A stretch of 64,000 nucleotides of DNA from Balanoglossus misakiensis (lineage: Eukaryota > Animalia > Hemichordata). Position numbers and translations under genes: made by a program. Positions 13,101 through 27,940 of the stretch are shown piece by piece. Positions within the stretch are counted from its first letter, which is position 1. Each line of letters starts with the position of its first letter. The notes beneath the pieces were generated by a model, which searched no databases, had not been told where the DNA came from, and saw nothing but the letters and a program-made list of their open reading frames with translations. The stretch spans positions 2,453,830-2,517,829 of the forward strand of contig CM082593.2 of assembly GCA_040954595.2 (NCBI GenBank), written 5' to 3'.

Positions 13101-16100
13101 AGCGATAGAGAATATGGCTGATGCAGTGACACATGCAAGGTTTGTCGGAACTGATCCAGGCAGCGACGAAGTAGTTCTAATGAAAATATTACAGGTAATT
13201 ATCCAGCTGAACTTTGGTAAATACCTGTGTGGCAGACCGCTACCTTTTTCTTGTAGAAATTTTGAGTATTTTGTTTCATGCAGGAAATTACACGTGTTAT
13301 TCTGCTCAGTGAAACATGCTACATTGTCAGTTACTCTCTCTTCTCCACATATCCTGTATTTTCGTCGCTTATATTTCTGTTCCATATTTTTCCCGCAGGT
13401 TTTAAGGACATTGCTACTGACTCCAGTGGGCACGCTTTTAACCAACGAGTCTGTCTGTGAAATTATGCAGTCGTGTTTTAGGATATGTTTTGAAATGAGG
13501 CTCAGTGGTAAGTTGTATGTGATGTACATATTGTACAGTATATATTGCAATGCATGTAATGCACATAAACAAAGTAATGTATGCAGTCTAAAGATTGATG
13601 GCGCACTAGACCAAGCAGAATTGGTGCAAAGAAGATCATCATAGGAAATATCAGCAAATAAATTTTCTTGACAATTATTGAAGAATCTATGTAAATTATC
13701 TCTACCACAGAGCTGTTACGAAAGTCTGCTGAGCACACTCTAATGGACATGGTGCAAATGCTATTTTCAAGATTACCATATTTCAAGGAAGAAAAATTGT
13801 CCAGCATGCGAAAGGTGAGTTGTCCCCTGCAAGGATTATATGAATGCATGTTCCATTTACACTATCCAGTTTGATTGTATCACCCATGAAGGTGAAAGGG
13901 TGATTATAGCCAATATGAAATCAATTAACATTTTGTTTCATTGGCAGTTAGATATGAAGGTTCATATAACCAGGCATAACAGGGGATGTGTCTTCTATGT
14001 TTTTCAGCTGAAAATGAGAGCAGGTGGAATATCGGAGTCATCCAGGAGCAAAAAGCCAAAGAAATCTCCCAAAGTGCGGCAGAGGAAAGAACGACAAGCG
14101 ACCACTCCGGTTGAAGACAAGGACAAAGACATTACCACGTCGGTTACATACACGGCTGCAACGACCTCCACAGCGGGTACAACGACCACGGCCGCCACCA
14201 CCACCAACGCAGCCACCACTACGACTGCAGCACCCTCTGCGACACCAGCGACTTCTCCGGATGTTCCGCAGGATTCCAGCCTGGTCTCTCCCGTCGGCGA
14301 CAGCGGGGTGGAGATGAAAGAGGCGTCGCCAGAGTCGGAAAACAAGCCGGAGATTACGGTGACTGCGGTCGAGAACGAAGCGAAGTACGACAGTGAATTG
14401 AAACCACCGGAAGATCAACCAGAAATGAAGGTAGATTTTTGATTTCAGCATTCTGTATTCCCTGTTTCAAATTCAACCAATGAATGTGATTAACCTTCAG
14501 GATCTGTATATTCAAATCACCAGTTATTATTGCTATTTTGATATACTTATTTGTTTGTTTTGTTTGTTTACAGAAAGCTGGAAGTGAGTGTGATCTGGCC
14601 ACAGACTCAGAGAAGGCTGAGTCACTACCAGAGATAGCTGAAGATCTCGACTCTGTCACTGAGCAGTCTGACAGCGCATCTGTACAGGACTTGGAATACG
14701 TTAGCTCCAGAGGGGTACGATTTACACCTCAGCAAACAGCAAGAGATGGTAAGTGTTGGGGCAGGTTGTGTGTGATGTTTAGATCTATGAAATGTTGCAG
14801 TATATAGAAACATTAGAAAGTAAGCTGATAGGATTGCTGCACAAGTAGAATCTAACCATTGTGGTCTTTTCTCTATTCACCTGTCTAGGATCTGGGCCAC
14901 TGATTCCCCATGGTCTGCCCTGCGTGAGAGAACTTTTTAGGTTTCTTATATCTCTGATCAGCCCACATGACAGGTAAGAACATGCTATGCAAAATGTTGA
15001 TTATTGTGAACAGTGTTGACAGAAAGCACTCAGTTGCATACACCAGAAAATCTTAGAACTATAAGGGAAGAGTATTGTATTGAATGTCATTTTACAAATG
15101 TAACTGTTGTTTATGAGTGACATGTTTGTATTTTGTTTTTGTGGTTTCATAGGCACAACACAGATGTCATGATTCACATGGGGCTAAGCCTGCTGACGGT
15201 CGCTCTAGAAACTGGTGCTGACCACATCGGCTCCTACAATGCTCTCTTGAGTCTTGTCAAAGATGACATGTGCAAAAACTTGTTCTTTGTAAGTATCAAA
15301 GTCAAGATCAAGTGTGAAGTTAACACAGAGCTAACAATAGGTTGGCCTGCTAGTGCCGTTATTGTTTGTGCATTTGTCTATTATGACATTTAAAAATGAA
15401 TTTTACACAATCTTTTCATTTTTCAGTTACTCCAGTCTGAGAGGTTATCGTTATTTGCAGCTTCCCTGAGAGTCTGCTTCTTGTTGTTTGAATCGATGAG
15501 AGAACATTTAAAATTCCAATTAGAGATGTATTTACACCGACTGATGGACATCATTGTGTCCGAAACACCAAGGATACCGTATGAGCAGAGAGAGATGGCG
15601 TTAGAGTCTGTAGTACAGGTCTGTGTCTATGTAATGTCTTGATGGGTTCTTGATATCTTGGTGATGTTTGAGTTTTAGAACAAAATTGTCTCGTGTTAGA
15701 AACGGATATGTGTTGAGATTTATTGGTTTATATAGACTCCTTGAATGTATAAAAAGACTTCTCAAAAGACCTTATGAAATATCTGAATCCTTTTACTTTC
15801 AGCTGTGGAGGATCCCGTCCCTTGTCACTGAGTTGTACCTCAACTATGACTGCGATGTCTACTGCAGCAACCTGTTTGAAGATCTCACCAAGCTTCTCTC
15901 AAAGGTGTGTAAACATTCAACAGTGCTCATCCATAGCCTTTGCAAATTTTTGAAAATCCCCCCCCCCAAAAAAAAACAAAAAAAAAACAACCAAATTAAT
16001 GGAATTTCCCACTTCATTTTTGACAGAACGCATTTCCAGTCGCTGGCCTGTACACCACACACCTGTTGTCACTAGACGCACTGCTCACAGTGATTGACAG

Positions 16101-19100
16101 CATAGAAGCTCATTGCCACAGTCGGATGCTCAGCGCCACGGCAACGCAGCAACAACAACAAAGCGAGCAGGAAGAGGCGGAGGCTGCCGACAAGAAACCA
16201 GTCGAGGTCACCATACACGTTGAAGATATCCCTGAGGAGGAAGAAGAAGAAAACCAAGGTGAGTGTGACTATGGCAACATCAGACTGGCACGTATCACTG
16301 ATACAGCGTACATTATATAATCGATGAAATGTCATGTCTTTGCATGAAATTGGTTCTACTGTCCCAACACAGGCATGAAAGCTTATGCTGTCTGTGATTT
16401 TTACATGACATCATTCTTTAATCTGTCTCAACACAGGCAAGAGCCGGACTGTATCAACGACCTCAGCTGATGGTGAAGACTCTGGCACAGAGTGTGACAC
16501 TCAACACAGCACGGCGCCACACCCGGCAACCTCAGGGTATGCAATGGCACAGTACATAGCGATGCAGCGACAAGAATCCAAAGATGACAATGGTAAGACA
16601 CACTAAATGAGTTGGTCTCTCTTTTACCCTCTATGATACAATTATCTGTGAATAATGACTGACTTGTACCCTCCCTAGTACAATTATCTGTAAATAATGA
16701 CTGATTTGTAACCTCCCTAATACAATTATCTGTAAATAATGGCAGACTTGTACCCTCCCTAATACAATTATCTGTGAATAATGACTGACTTGTACCCTCC
16801 CTAATACAATTATCTGTAAATAATGACTGACTTGTACCCTCCCTAATACAATTATCTGTGAATAATGACTGACTTGTACCCTCCCTAATACAAATATCTG
16901 TAAATAATGTCTGACCTTTACCCTCTATTATATAATTATCTGTAAATAATGGCAGACTCACCCTTTATCATACAGGCAAGTCCAGTACTAGTGAAGTCCG
17001 ACGAGGCAGAGACAGGCGCTCCCAGTTTGCCAGCAACATACCCACGGCCGACGATCTGATCATGATCAAGCAGAAGAAGAAACTCCTTCTGGCCGGCTCT
17101 GAGCAGTTCAACCAGAAAGCCTCCAAGGGCATCGCGTTTCTCCAAGAACAGCACCTTCTTAAAGTGCCACTGGATCCAGTTGAGGTTAGCCACTTCCTCA
17201 GGGACAACCCCAAACTGGATAAGAAGGTCATGGGGGAATTTATATCCACCAAGAAAAACGCCAAGATTTTGGACGCTTTTGTGAAGTAAGTACATTGAAC
17301 TCATGTAAGTTTTAATTTTGGTAGCACTGAAAAAAACCTGTTATTGCTGTGGACTTCAATGATAAGATGTACAAAGTCAGTGAGACACTTTCAAATCATC
17401 ACACCCACTCAGAGTATTATGTTTTTATTTACTTATTTGTTTGTTTGTTTGTTTGTTTACTTAACCAGGTCATTTAGATTTGAAAGTACCAGGATAGACG
17501 AAGCCTTGAGAATGTACTTGGAGGCATTCCGATTGCCTGGAGAAGCTCCGGTCATCCAGCATTTACTTGAACATTTCTCTGATCAGTGGCACGTAAGTAA
17601 AACGTAAAATGGCCAGTGTTAAAAGATAGGGGGAAAGAGGCACTGAGAATCAAGTAGGGAGACCATTGGGAATATCTAAATAACTTACAGCAGAACCCAT
17701 GGATGTTTGGAAAAAGTGACCATTACCACAAAATGCACCACTACTGTCGTCACTCAACTGTAGGTTTTCAACCAGACCCTGTACTGCTTTCACTTTTCAG
17801 GCAGCAAATCACGAACCCTTCGCCAACACAGATGCAGCATTCACGCTGGCGTATGCTGTGATCATGTTGAATGTGGATCAGCACAACTACAATGCCAAGA
17901 AGCAGAACATCCCAATGACAGTCGAGGTAAGTCTGTGCTAGTGTTTACTAGTGAGTGCTAGTTCTCTATTATAGTTGCATAGTCAGCATGAGTAATAGCA
18001 GTAGCATGCGGTGCCCATCCTTGAACCTGGCAGTGAATTCCTTATCCAATCTTGTGTTTTATTTTTATACATCAGGAATTCAAGAAGAATCTGAAACATG
18101 TAAACGGTGGCCAGGACTTTGATTCGGATATGTTAGATGAAGTATACAATGCCATCAAGTAAGTAAAACTGTTTGCTGTTTGGAAACCCATGGAAAGTAA
18201 AGAAGTCAGTCAGTATTTGTCTGTGTTGTGCTGAGGTAGAAAAACAGTATTCACAATTGCCCAAAGACTTTGTACATAAACTGCAATTAATGCATGAATC
18301 ATCACATCACAGGTCTGAAGAAATCGTGATGCCTGCAGAGCAGACTGGACTTGTGAAGGAACTCTACCTGTGGAGGGTTCTACTCAAACGTGGATTTGGT
18401 CCCGGTGGTAAATTTATGCACATCCCCAGTGGCTGTTTTGACCAGGATCTGTTCATGCTGATCTGGGGACCGACTGTGGCTGCGATCTCCTATGTCTTTG
18501 ACAAGAGTTTGGATGAAACGATCATCCAGAAAGCTATCTCAGGATTCAGGTAAGTGATATTAATTCATACTGTTCATTGCTTCTCTTGTTGATCTATTCG
18601 TACTAAAGAAACGACACACAAACACAGTTTTTAATTATCAAACACGACATTCATGCAATTATCAATTTTTATCTTTGACAGGAAATGTGCAATGATATCA
18701 GCTCACTATGGATTGAGTGATGTCTTCGATAATCTGGTCATTTCACTCTGCAAGTTTACAACATTGCTTAATCCACCCGAGGTAGGTACATTTCAAACGT
18801 ATAAAATTGCTGTCTTTCAGTAAGTTTCAAGATTCTGAGATTTGGCATTCACCTATACATTGCCTGAGAAATTTCCTAAATTAAGCGATGGCCACCTACA
18901 GAAATGTTATTGTTGTCTATAACTGAATGTGTACACTTTGTTATTCTGCAGTCTGTTGAGCTGTTGCCAGTTGCGTTTGGTTCCAACGTGAAAGCTCAGC
19001 TGGCTGCCAAGACGGTCTTCGCCCTAGCACACCGGCACGCTGACATCTTACGAGAAGGTTGGAAGAACATCATGGACTGCATGCTTCAACTGTACAGAGC

Positions 19101-22100
19101 CAAGCTGCTTCCCAAGGTCATGGTCGAAGTGGAGGACTTTGTGGATCCCTCTGGAAAGATCTCACTCATCAGGGAAGAAATGCCCACCATGAAGTAAGAG
19201 AGTGAAGTGTTTATTATGAATTGTAATTTTTGTTGTAAAAGCATCATGCAGCATTAGTAGAAATCAACCATCACAGACTACATAGAGGTCACTCACTGTC
19301 TTTTATTTTTTCCCCCATCTAGTCGTACAGATTCCTCCATCTTCAGTTCATTTTATCAGTACATCACGCTGAACCCTGAACCAGCCAATCAGAGAGGACC
19401 AACCCCCGAAGACCAGGAGGCTATCCAGCAAGCACACGCCTGCATCAAAGTATGTTGTCTGTTTCCATGAGGGAACATAGATTTATATTTAGTTTAGTTT
19501 GAGTAACGACTGTACAATTAACCTGTGTGTGCATATCAACATGTTTTGAGATGTGATCCAACATGGCCAATTGTAGTATTGCATTACAAGTTCATTTGAA
19601 TTTTCTTTCAACAGGAGTGTCATCCAGAGCAACTTGTCACAGAAAGCAAATTCCTACGACTAGATTCCTTGCAAGAACTGATCAAGGCGCTGACCTTTGC
19701 GTCATCTGGCCCAGACACGGCCGTCTCCTTGGGGATAAATTACGACGAAGAAGCAGCTGTCTTTTATCTGGAATTGCTTATCAGGGTCATACTGCAAAAC
19801 AGGTAAGGATTTAATGCTAGTACACTTTAAAATCATTTGAAATATTCCTATATAACGGCTGAAATTTTGAGTACCACTTTGAGCAAAAAACCGTATAAGT
19901 ACTCTTCTGACATGAGTTCTGTCGCTTTCTGACTTCACAGAGACAGAGTGATTTCCGTGTGGCAAGGCATCCGAGATCACCTATACAATTTGATAGTCAA
20001 CGCCACTGAGTACAGCATGCTGATTGACAGAGCTGTGGTGGGAATTCTGCGCCTGGCTATTCGATTACTACGCAGGGAAGAAATGGCACCTCAGGTGAGT
20101 GTTCATCCACCAAGCCCCATGTTGATACGTGTACCATAAAGGGAGAAATATTCAAAACGAGAGAAGACAGGCTCTTTTATAGATCACAAATGGACCTCAT
20201 TAATACCATGAGAGTATAGTGCAATACTGTATGTACCCAACATTACAGAACATTCCTATACCTCATTTTATAGGTTCTGACTAGTTTGCGAGTGCTCTTG
20301 ATGATGAAGCCGAACGTTGTCCAGAAAGTATGCAGACAGGTTTCCTTCGGGATGCATGAGTTGCTACGCACCAACGCTGCCAACATCCATTCCACCAGCG
20401 ACTGGTTCACTATATTCACCATCATGAACTGCGTCGGGGCTGGCATGGCTGTGCCGCAGTTGGTCCACTACCATGTGGACATGGACACCGATGTTCCAAA
20501 TGTGGTGCTTGATAGTGGTAAGTCATCGTGTCACCAAAGGTCATGGGGCCAGTTTGCACAAAGCTGCTAAAATGCAGCATGCTGTTTACTTGAAAAGATT
20601 ATGCATGTATGATAGTACATTAGGAAACAAATGCATAGATATGTGCATGTTTTTATGTTTATTAAATCACACAGGATTTCTTATCAATAAAACTCTATGT
20701 CATCTACATTAAATTTTGTAACAGGTGCACAGTCTGACAGTGAAATCTCCACTGGTTCATATGGAACAGCCACCTCTGAGAGAGGATACACTTCTGATAG
20801 CGAGTTGTATGAAAGTCAGCAGAGAGTCGGGCGTTCATCAACTGACATAGATTTACATAGCTCTGCTAGTGGTACCACAGGAGAGTGGTTGCTGGTAAGT
20901 GTTAACACTGTTGCTGTTTCAAAGTTCTCCATGTATTTTAGTGCTTTTATAGTCTCGTTTACTGTAGTCCCAAACATGACACATCACACCTTGATGTCTG
21001 TTTTTCAGGTTGGAAAGGAAGGCGAGATCGAACAGCAGCGACAACACCACCATCATCACCATCACCACCACCACCATCACCACAAGAAAATCCACAACCA
21101 GTACGAGATAGCCATTGATGAGGAACTGCAGCAGCACGACACCAAGTCCTTAATGAAGTGCTGTGAATCGCTGGCATTCCTCGTCAGAGATGCAGCACAT
21201 GTGACTCCAGACAACTTTGAAAGCTGCGTCCATTGCATCAGGGTCTTTGTTGAGGCCAGTGTCAACGGAGGTGAGCCCTGTGCTTTAGATTTTTCATTTT
21301 GAAGAGATGCTGTCTATTTGATTTAAAGGTTGGGTTTCATAAAGTAATACTACAGACCATTTCATCATGAACTGTATTTCTTCTTTGCAGGGAGGTTGTC
21401 GGCGGAATACAAGAGGCACAGACATGCCAAGGAGAAAGAGAGAGACAAGAGTGGTAAACACAGAAAGAAAAGTGGTATGAAAAAATCCAAGACGTCTCCA
21501 TCACATCTATCAAGAGTTTCCAATGATTTTGACGACAATGAAAATGATGGACCTCCAGGAGGGTACCAGTCTCTGTCCATACAAGTAAGATACTTTTTTG
21601 TACAACAGGTGGTCAATGAATGTATATGTTAATTGCACAGGGACTGTAACAAAGTGGCCACTATATATAGGTTTGATGTACTAACCATCAAATACCTTCT
21701 TTGATCAGAGACATTAGAAGCATTTACTATCTATCAGTTGTAAAGCCTAGACTTGTCTGCCATCTTTCAGTTACTCGACTTGATGCACACGCTACACACC
21801 AGAGCTGCCACCATCTTCAGTTCATGGGCAGAGGAGCAGGAACGAGAAGGACTAGAAGACAGGAAAGTGGATGCTGGGGCCAGTGCCCTGTGGATTAAAT
21901 GTTGGTGTCCACTCTTGCAAGGTATGGCCCCTGCCCTTTCTAGTTTGTTCCTTTAGGGAGTTTTCACATGTCAGGATTCAATAGCCAGTCTACCATGCCA
22001 GCCACCCCTGTTTCCGGTTATGGGGGTCCAACTTTACCATAGAAAACTATGGATTTGGACTAAACCATGCCAGTGAGAGGGTTCATATCATCCCCTCTAT

Positions 22101-23551
22101 GATTTCATCTCCAGGTATTGCAAGGCTGTGCTGTGATGTCAGGAGACAAGTGCGCATGTCAGCACTGACATATCTACAGCGCGCCCTGTTGGTGCACGAC
22201 CTGAAAACGCTGTCGGCAGTCGAATGGGAGTCGTGCTTCAACAAAGTGTTATTCCCGTTGCTTTCCAAGCTCCTGGAAAACATCAACATGCAGGATCCGG
22301 TCGGCATGGAAGAGACCAGGATGAGGTCCTCAACGCTGCTTTGTAAAGTGAGTGTAAAAGTGCCATTTCATGTTCGAAAACGCAATCGTCAATTTGACAC
22401 CATTGGTATATCTCCATTTTCTCAGTTATAATGACAGCGACTTCTGCAACTAATATAATACATGCTTGATCTTTTTTTCAGGTATTTCTACAGCACTTGA
22501 CACCTCTGTTGTCACTGCCAACATTTACAGCATTGTGGTTGACAATCCTCGACTTCATGGATAAATATATGCACAAAGATAAAAGTGACCTCTTGGTAAG
22601 TCAGCAAAATTATGACCATGTGGTTTGGAAAATATATACTTCTATTCTTAGCAACAACAAGTAATCTGCACTTATTGTGTTTGTTCTTACCATAGACTGA
22701 GCCTTCCCTTTTCTATTCCAGGTGGAAGCCATTCCAGAATCCCTGAAGAACATGCTGTTGGTGATGGACACAGCCGGAGTGTTCAATGACATGGACACCA
22801 TGGAAGGAGACCATTCCCAGCTGTGGGAAGTCACCTGGGAACGGATCGATTGCTTCCTTCCGGGATTACGGGATGAAGTGTTCAAACCCCAGGAATTGAG
22901 TAAGTGTAACAAATATGGTATTACTTCTTGTTAATAAACCTGTGGGGTTGGTCCAGTATTTCTACATCATTTCTTCTGAATATGAACTGTTTTATGTGCT
23001 GTTTTCTTTCAGTGAATCCCAAACCTCATAGGAGTAAAGAAGTCACAGAGGCACCCAGTCAAGATACAAGTATACCGAGAGATGCACCAATCTCTCAACA
23101 ACCACCACCCCAGTCACAGCCAGTACCACCAGAAGAGAATGCCATATCTGGTGGTATGTTCACAATCTAAGATTTGCTTTACTGAAGGAAGCCATGAGAA
23201 GGCGTTTAGTGTACACTGTGTACCTGTATTTTGTAAGAATAGTCTTTTAATAGTCATTTATTTTCATAGTATCCTCGTTCATTCACAGAAGCCAGCCAGC
23301 CAAGACCCGGCAGTCCGGAGCCCACAACCAACCAACCAACACCACAGCCTTCGCCTGCCAGTGCTGGCGGCAACATCATCCTGCAACCGCCACTGCCCGC
23401 TCTGAGCAGTCCCGGCACCAGCACCAGTACAGTGGTGACTTCTGGATCGGTGCCCATCTTGCTGAACCCCCAGCTGATGCAGGGAACACCCATGCCTGTA
23501 TTGGCAGTCACCCAGCAAGCCCAGGCCATCACCACGGAGTCAGCCCCATGA
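10189..23551 (+). CDS. GBF1: Golgi brefeldin-A-resistance Arf guanine-nucleotide exchange factor 1 (DCB-HUS-Sec7-HDS1-3)
   Basis: ~34 exons, e.g. 10189-10302 ([23 protein letters not shown]), 12654-12785 ([12 protein letters not shown]), 13076-13194 ([24 protein letters not shown]), 15803-15904 (HUS box LYLNYDCD), 17469-17592 (Sec7 FRLPGEAP), 17801-17926 ([12 protein letters not shown]), 22115-22347 (EETRMR), last exon 23289-23551 (VPILLNP...TGA). Confidence 0.97.
16627..16975 (+). repeat. 42-bp minisatellite, ~8.3 copies, in a GBF1 intron
   Basis: Unit ccctccctaatacaattatctgt(a/g)aataatgactgacttgta, starting at about 16627, 16669, 16711, 16753, 16795, 16837, 16879 and 16921. Confidence 0.95.
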
Positions 23552-26145
23552 TGCGACAGATGGCATCTGCACAGATACGAAAACAGATACTTTAAGAACA
23601 TGCATACATATATATACAACTTGACAGATTTTATGTGTACTTGCATGTGTTCTAGAGATCATTCTGATTAGTGATTTACTTCTATAGCATGTAGATATTA
23701 TACAAACTGGCTGTTAACACATTAGTAACAGATGTGTAGTACAGTATCTTGTAGGGAGACAGTAATGTGTATGTGTCACAAAACTAACACTTACAAGACA
23801 ATTATGCATTAAGATCCCCAAACTCTTGTTGCGAATAGGACTTCTCAGGCCTTGAGTATAGATTTCACTTTGAAGAACCTTAATTTCCTAGTCTAGTACT
23901 GCCATATTTCTCTTCAAGAACTAGTCCCAAGGAAATACCAGTACCTTTGAGTTGAACTGTGCTGGCAGATAAAACATGCGTGTGTTTGGTCCCCTGTTCT
24001 GTTTGGCTTTTAGCGTTTAGTTTCTTTAGGCAATTTGTGTTTTCCCCCAGCGACATTTGTTTCATATGTGACACTTGTACAGTATGACTGAATCGGTATC
24101 AGATGTAATATAGCAGTTGAATGGTGTAATATTGTAAAGTTGTACTTAAAAATGGAAAAATTTACTGACTGTTGTTGCCCTTCCCCCAGAGTGTAAATGT
24201 ATGACGTTTACCCAATCGTGAAGTATGGCAGGGTCTTCCAGTGTTGTGTTTAACAGAGATCCCGAATCCTGATAAGTAGCTGTAAATTTTCCAGTTTTGA
24301 ACACATACATGAGATGGCCATGAGACAGGGTCTTATATGCATTTCATTAATTCCAAAGTAAGCATATCAAAAGTTTCAATGTTGAGTATATTTCTCTCAA
24401 AGTACAGAACTTGTGTTCTATTTTTCTTCATGTTGTACATGATATGATGCATTGTTTGGTGTTCTCTATTTGTACTGTAAGATTGTGACAGATATGTCTA
24501 TGTCTTGTAAGTGCATGAACCCTTCGAAGAGAACTGTGTCATCAGTTGCAAAATTAATTTGTATTGGTTGCCATGTTAACTTACAGCCCTTCAATAGTAG
24601 TATCTTTTGTGCTAATAAGTTGATTTGAAATATAGCTGATGCATGTATTTGACAACTGACATGTCATCGGCATATGTGCAATTCACCATCCTGTCCAGAT
24701 GGTAGTGAGTGAGAGAAACTGTGCTAAGAATTTGTCCAGCAACCGTAGCTTGCGTTTAAAGATGTTTCCACTGTTGATACAGTCTGTAAATTTCACATGG
24801 AATGTTGAATAGCTTGCTTGACCATTATTGTTGAGATTTATGATTTGTTGAGTATAAATGTACATGCACCAACAGATGAAAATTTTATGAAGCTGTTCCA
24901 GAGTTCTACATTGTATAGTTTCAAATTTAGAAGGAATACGTCAAATTTTCCTAATGTTATGAGACATAAGTACAATATATAATTATTGATTGTTTTTCAC
25001 AAAAATTGTCATTTGAAAATGGTTCTCATACAAGAAATTCCTAAAAGGTTACAGTTGAAAATTTCTGGTATTTTATTTATATAAAAGGGATAAAATGTAC
25101 ATGTTTGAATAATATTGTCAGTGACGATAATTGGAATTGTTTTTACTGAAACAGGAGATAAACTTTATGACATCATTCACACACAAAAAATATTTTAAAC
25201 TTGCATTTGCCCCAAAAGTTTAGAAACTGATTATCTGAAGTTGCACTGATATGAATTTACAATTGTAAAGGATGTTTATATTTGGCGTTAACAGTTGCCA
25301 AACTTATCGGTTTTTCAGACCCTGTAATGAGAATAAGAGACAGGGGCAAGAACTTTCTTTTGTCTATCATAGTTATTTTTTAAGGTCACGAATGGCTGCC
25401 ACTTTCTATTTGTTCCATCATTTGTCAAAATTTAGGAATGTGCCATGAAGACAACATAAAACAAACCTTATTTCAGGCAACAATGTTACACCATCTATTG
25501 AAAGTGTATTACATAGGTATGCTTTTACAAAGCTATTTTAACTGAGAGGGTTGTTCCTTGAATTCAAATACCTTCTCAGAATTTTCAAATTCTATGTTTC
25601 ATAGTTATGCTCGGAAAGAAAATAATTGTAAAGATATTGTAAAATTAATATTTTTGTTTGTTTTGTTTTAGTAGAAAAATAATCACATTCAACTGTTTTT
25701 AGATTTCTTTTACAATAGTTCATGAAATGGTGCAATTATTTGTGTGTGTATTATAGAAGTTCAGGACGAAAACAATTGAACAACCAAAGAAGTTTAACGC
25801 TCATTAAACGAATATCATTGAAGAGAATAAATTGACAGGTTTTAGTTAATATTTTCAAGCCAGCTTGTTGCTAGAATGTTAAAATTTTATGCAATGAATC
25901 TGTCGCCCTGTGAAGGCGGGGATCCATGATAGATGTAATGGCAACTGTTATGTTCTATTGGCAGAGAAATTCTCAGCCATGCACTGATAACATGGTTCAT
26001 TTTAAACCCTGTTTATTGGTCCTAATTTATACCATGTGTAAATTGATTCGGATGTAATAATTGTTTGTATTGGATGTGTTGTACATTCAAACAGTGAATA
26101 AAATGTCTATAAACATCACACATCTTTGCAATGCGTTTGGATAAT

Positions 26146-26162
26146 GGGGGGGGGGGGGGGGG
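26146..26162. repeat. Poly-G tract (17 nt)
   Basis: Directly visible just after the last AATAAA candidates downstream of GBF1. Confidence 0.9.
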
Positions 26163-26229
26163 ACATTGTTGAAGTTTTCGGAGGACGCGAGAGCTGCAAA
26201 CGCGAGTGACATTCAACACCTGGTACGCA

Positions 26230-26637
26230 ATATGACCAATCATGAAACACACACTGATGTCAGTACTCATGTCAGCCAATCATTGACGATTTGAATATGT
26301 ATACAACTGTACATAGAGGTTTACATTGGTTGAGCGTGGCCACGTGATATGCAAAGTTTCACCAGGTGCACCACGCGCCACTTCACTGACGTCACCACTT
26401 CCACGGTGACCGCATCGTCCACACGTCGACATGATGGACACGGATTACCAAAATTAGGCTAAACGGCGTAGCAGAAAAACACGGAGAAGCTTCTTGTGAC
26501 GACTGGTTCTTCGGGGATTTTGGAAAACTACTCGGGGAAAAATTTGCAGGACCTGGATGTCGAAAGAAGTTGTTATTCCTTGCTTGTTTGCTGGAGTCCG
26601 TTCCCGGGAGTCCGTTCCAGAAACCCAACACGTGAGT
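26230..26637 (+). promoter_or_regulatory. Orphan promoter-like module with candidate first exon
   Basis: CCAAT at 26236 and 26276, ATTGG at 26325, CACGTG at 26341, TGACGTCA at 26387, CpG-rich, donor-like CAC|gtgagt at 26632. Confidence 0.4.
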
Positions 26638-27940
26638 TGACCACCTTCTTATGTAACTTATCATATACTGAATCGTTGAATGTTATCATATATCGTGTAC
26701 TTGGATTCTCGTCCCTGTATAACTTTATGGGAAAAGTGCCCTCATGTCCGTGCAGTGTTTTTACGTATCATGCCCGGCCTTGATGCCCAAATAACGTCGT
26801 CTGCGCGATTTCTGAACCATTTTCATCCTCCTTGCTGCACGCGCACGTCGCCTTCCATACACATTCCATTTGCGAGATCATTGCGAGATCCCAACATATG
26901 ATCGCCCATTATGTTATTGAGAAAGGGGAATTTTTAACTTTACATTAATTAAGGCCCGTAGGGGAAACAGAATCGCGTTCTTTATGTTTGTCCATATTTT
27001 TAATGAAACACAATTGAACGTTTACAAAACAACAAAAAGTAATGCCCATAAATAATTGCAAGTGTCAGTTTTAGAAATCAAATCGATCAAAATACTACGA
27101 AATTATCAAAGTCTAGAAATACAATCTACTAATACTGTATTTGTCCCACACAAATATAATACGCCGAATGTTTGTTAAATCACTCTTATCGACATAAATG
27201 TAAGCTTGTAATGAACGAACAAAGAAACAAACAAATAATATCACCATCACTATAAACTATGTGCAGCTGCAAGGGAAATCAACACTTTGTAAATTACACG
27301 ATTGTGCATAAGAACTCACTACAAAAACGAATCTATAAATCTTTGAAGATGAACAGGTGCACTGTCGTGTCACGACCAATACAAGCTGTGGAATACTAAA
27401 ATGTATTAAGTATCCTTAGGACAGTCAATTCTTGAGAACTTAATTAGGTTTATACACCATGCTAGGGAGTCTGTAAGTGGTTTCTGAACTTCCGTTTTTG
27501 GAACATGGCCGGCAGTAAGCCGCCATCTTGAAATTCGGTTGACCATATGAGATTTGTATCACTCACCTACGTAGCAAATAATAACAGAAATTCAAAGATA
27601 GGGTGATTATCTACTGTGTGAATGAGGCGAGGACTATTTAAAAGTTAACTATTTTCCTGTGTGACTCAGACAAACCAAGGGTTCAGAACATTATCTAACA
27701 TGTTATTTTTGTAGCAAGAAAGTACACATTATTACAGTGGCTATTCAGAAAAGACAGAATTGATAGCAGGAAACATCCATGTTTGCCAAAAAGAAAATGC
27801 TCTTCGTATTATGCATGCAAAGCAATGTACCATCTACATTTATAGAATTACTCCAGCATTTTACTTCAATATCTATTGTTGTATTTGTTTTACCTGATCT
27901 GTCATTGTCTGAATGGTGGGTTGCTAATAGATTTAACCTT

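Noticed and set aside
16428-16961. 177-aa repeat ORF or CRISPR-like array
   Set aside because: Pure 42-bp tandem repeat without unique spacers in a eukaryotic intron; the ORF results from the unit length being divisible by 3.
17864-17866. Possible brefeldin-A-resistance substitution in the Sec7 domain
   Set aside because: The Met of YAVIML (human M832 equivalent) is retained, so nothing is unusual.
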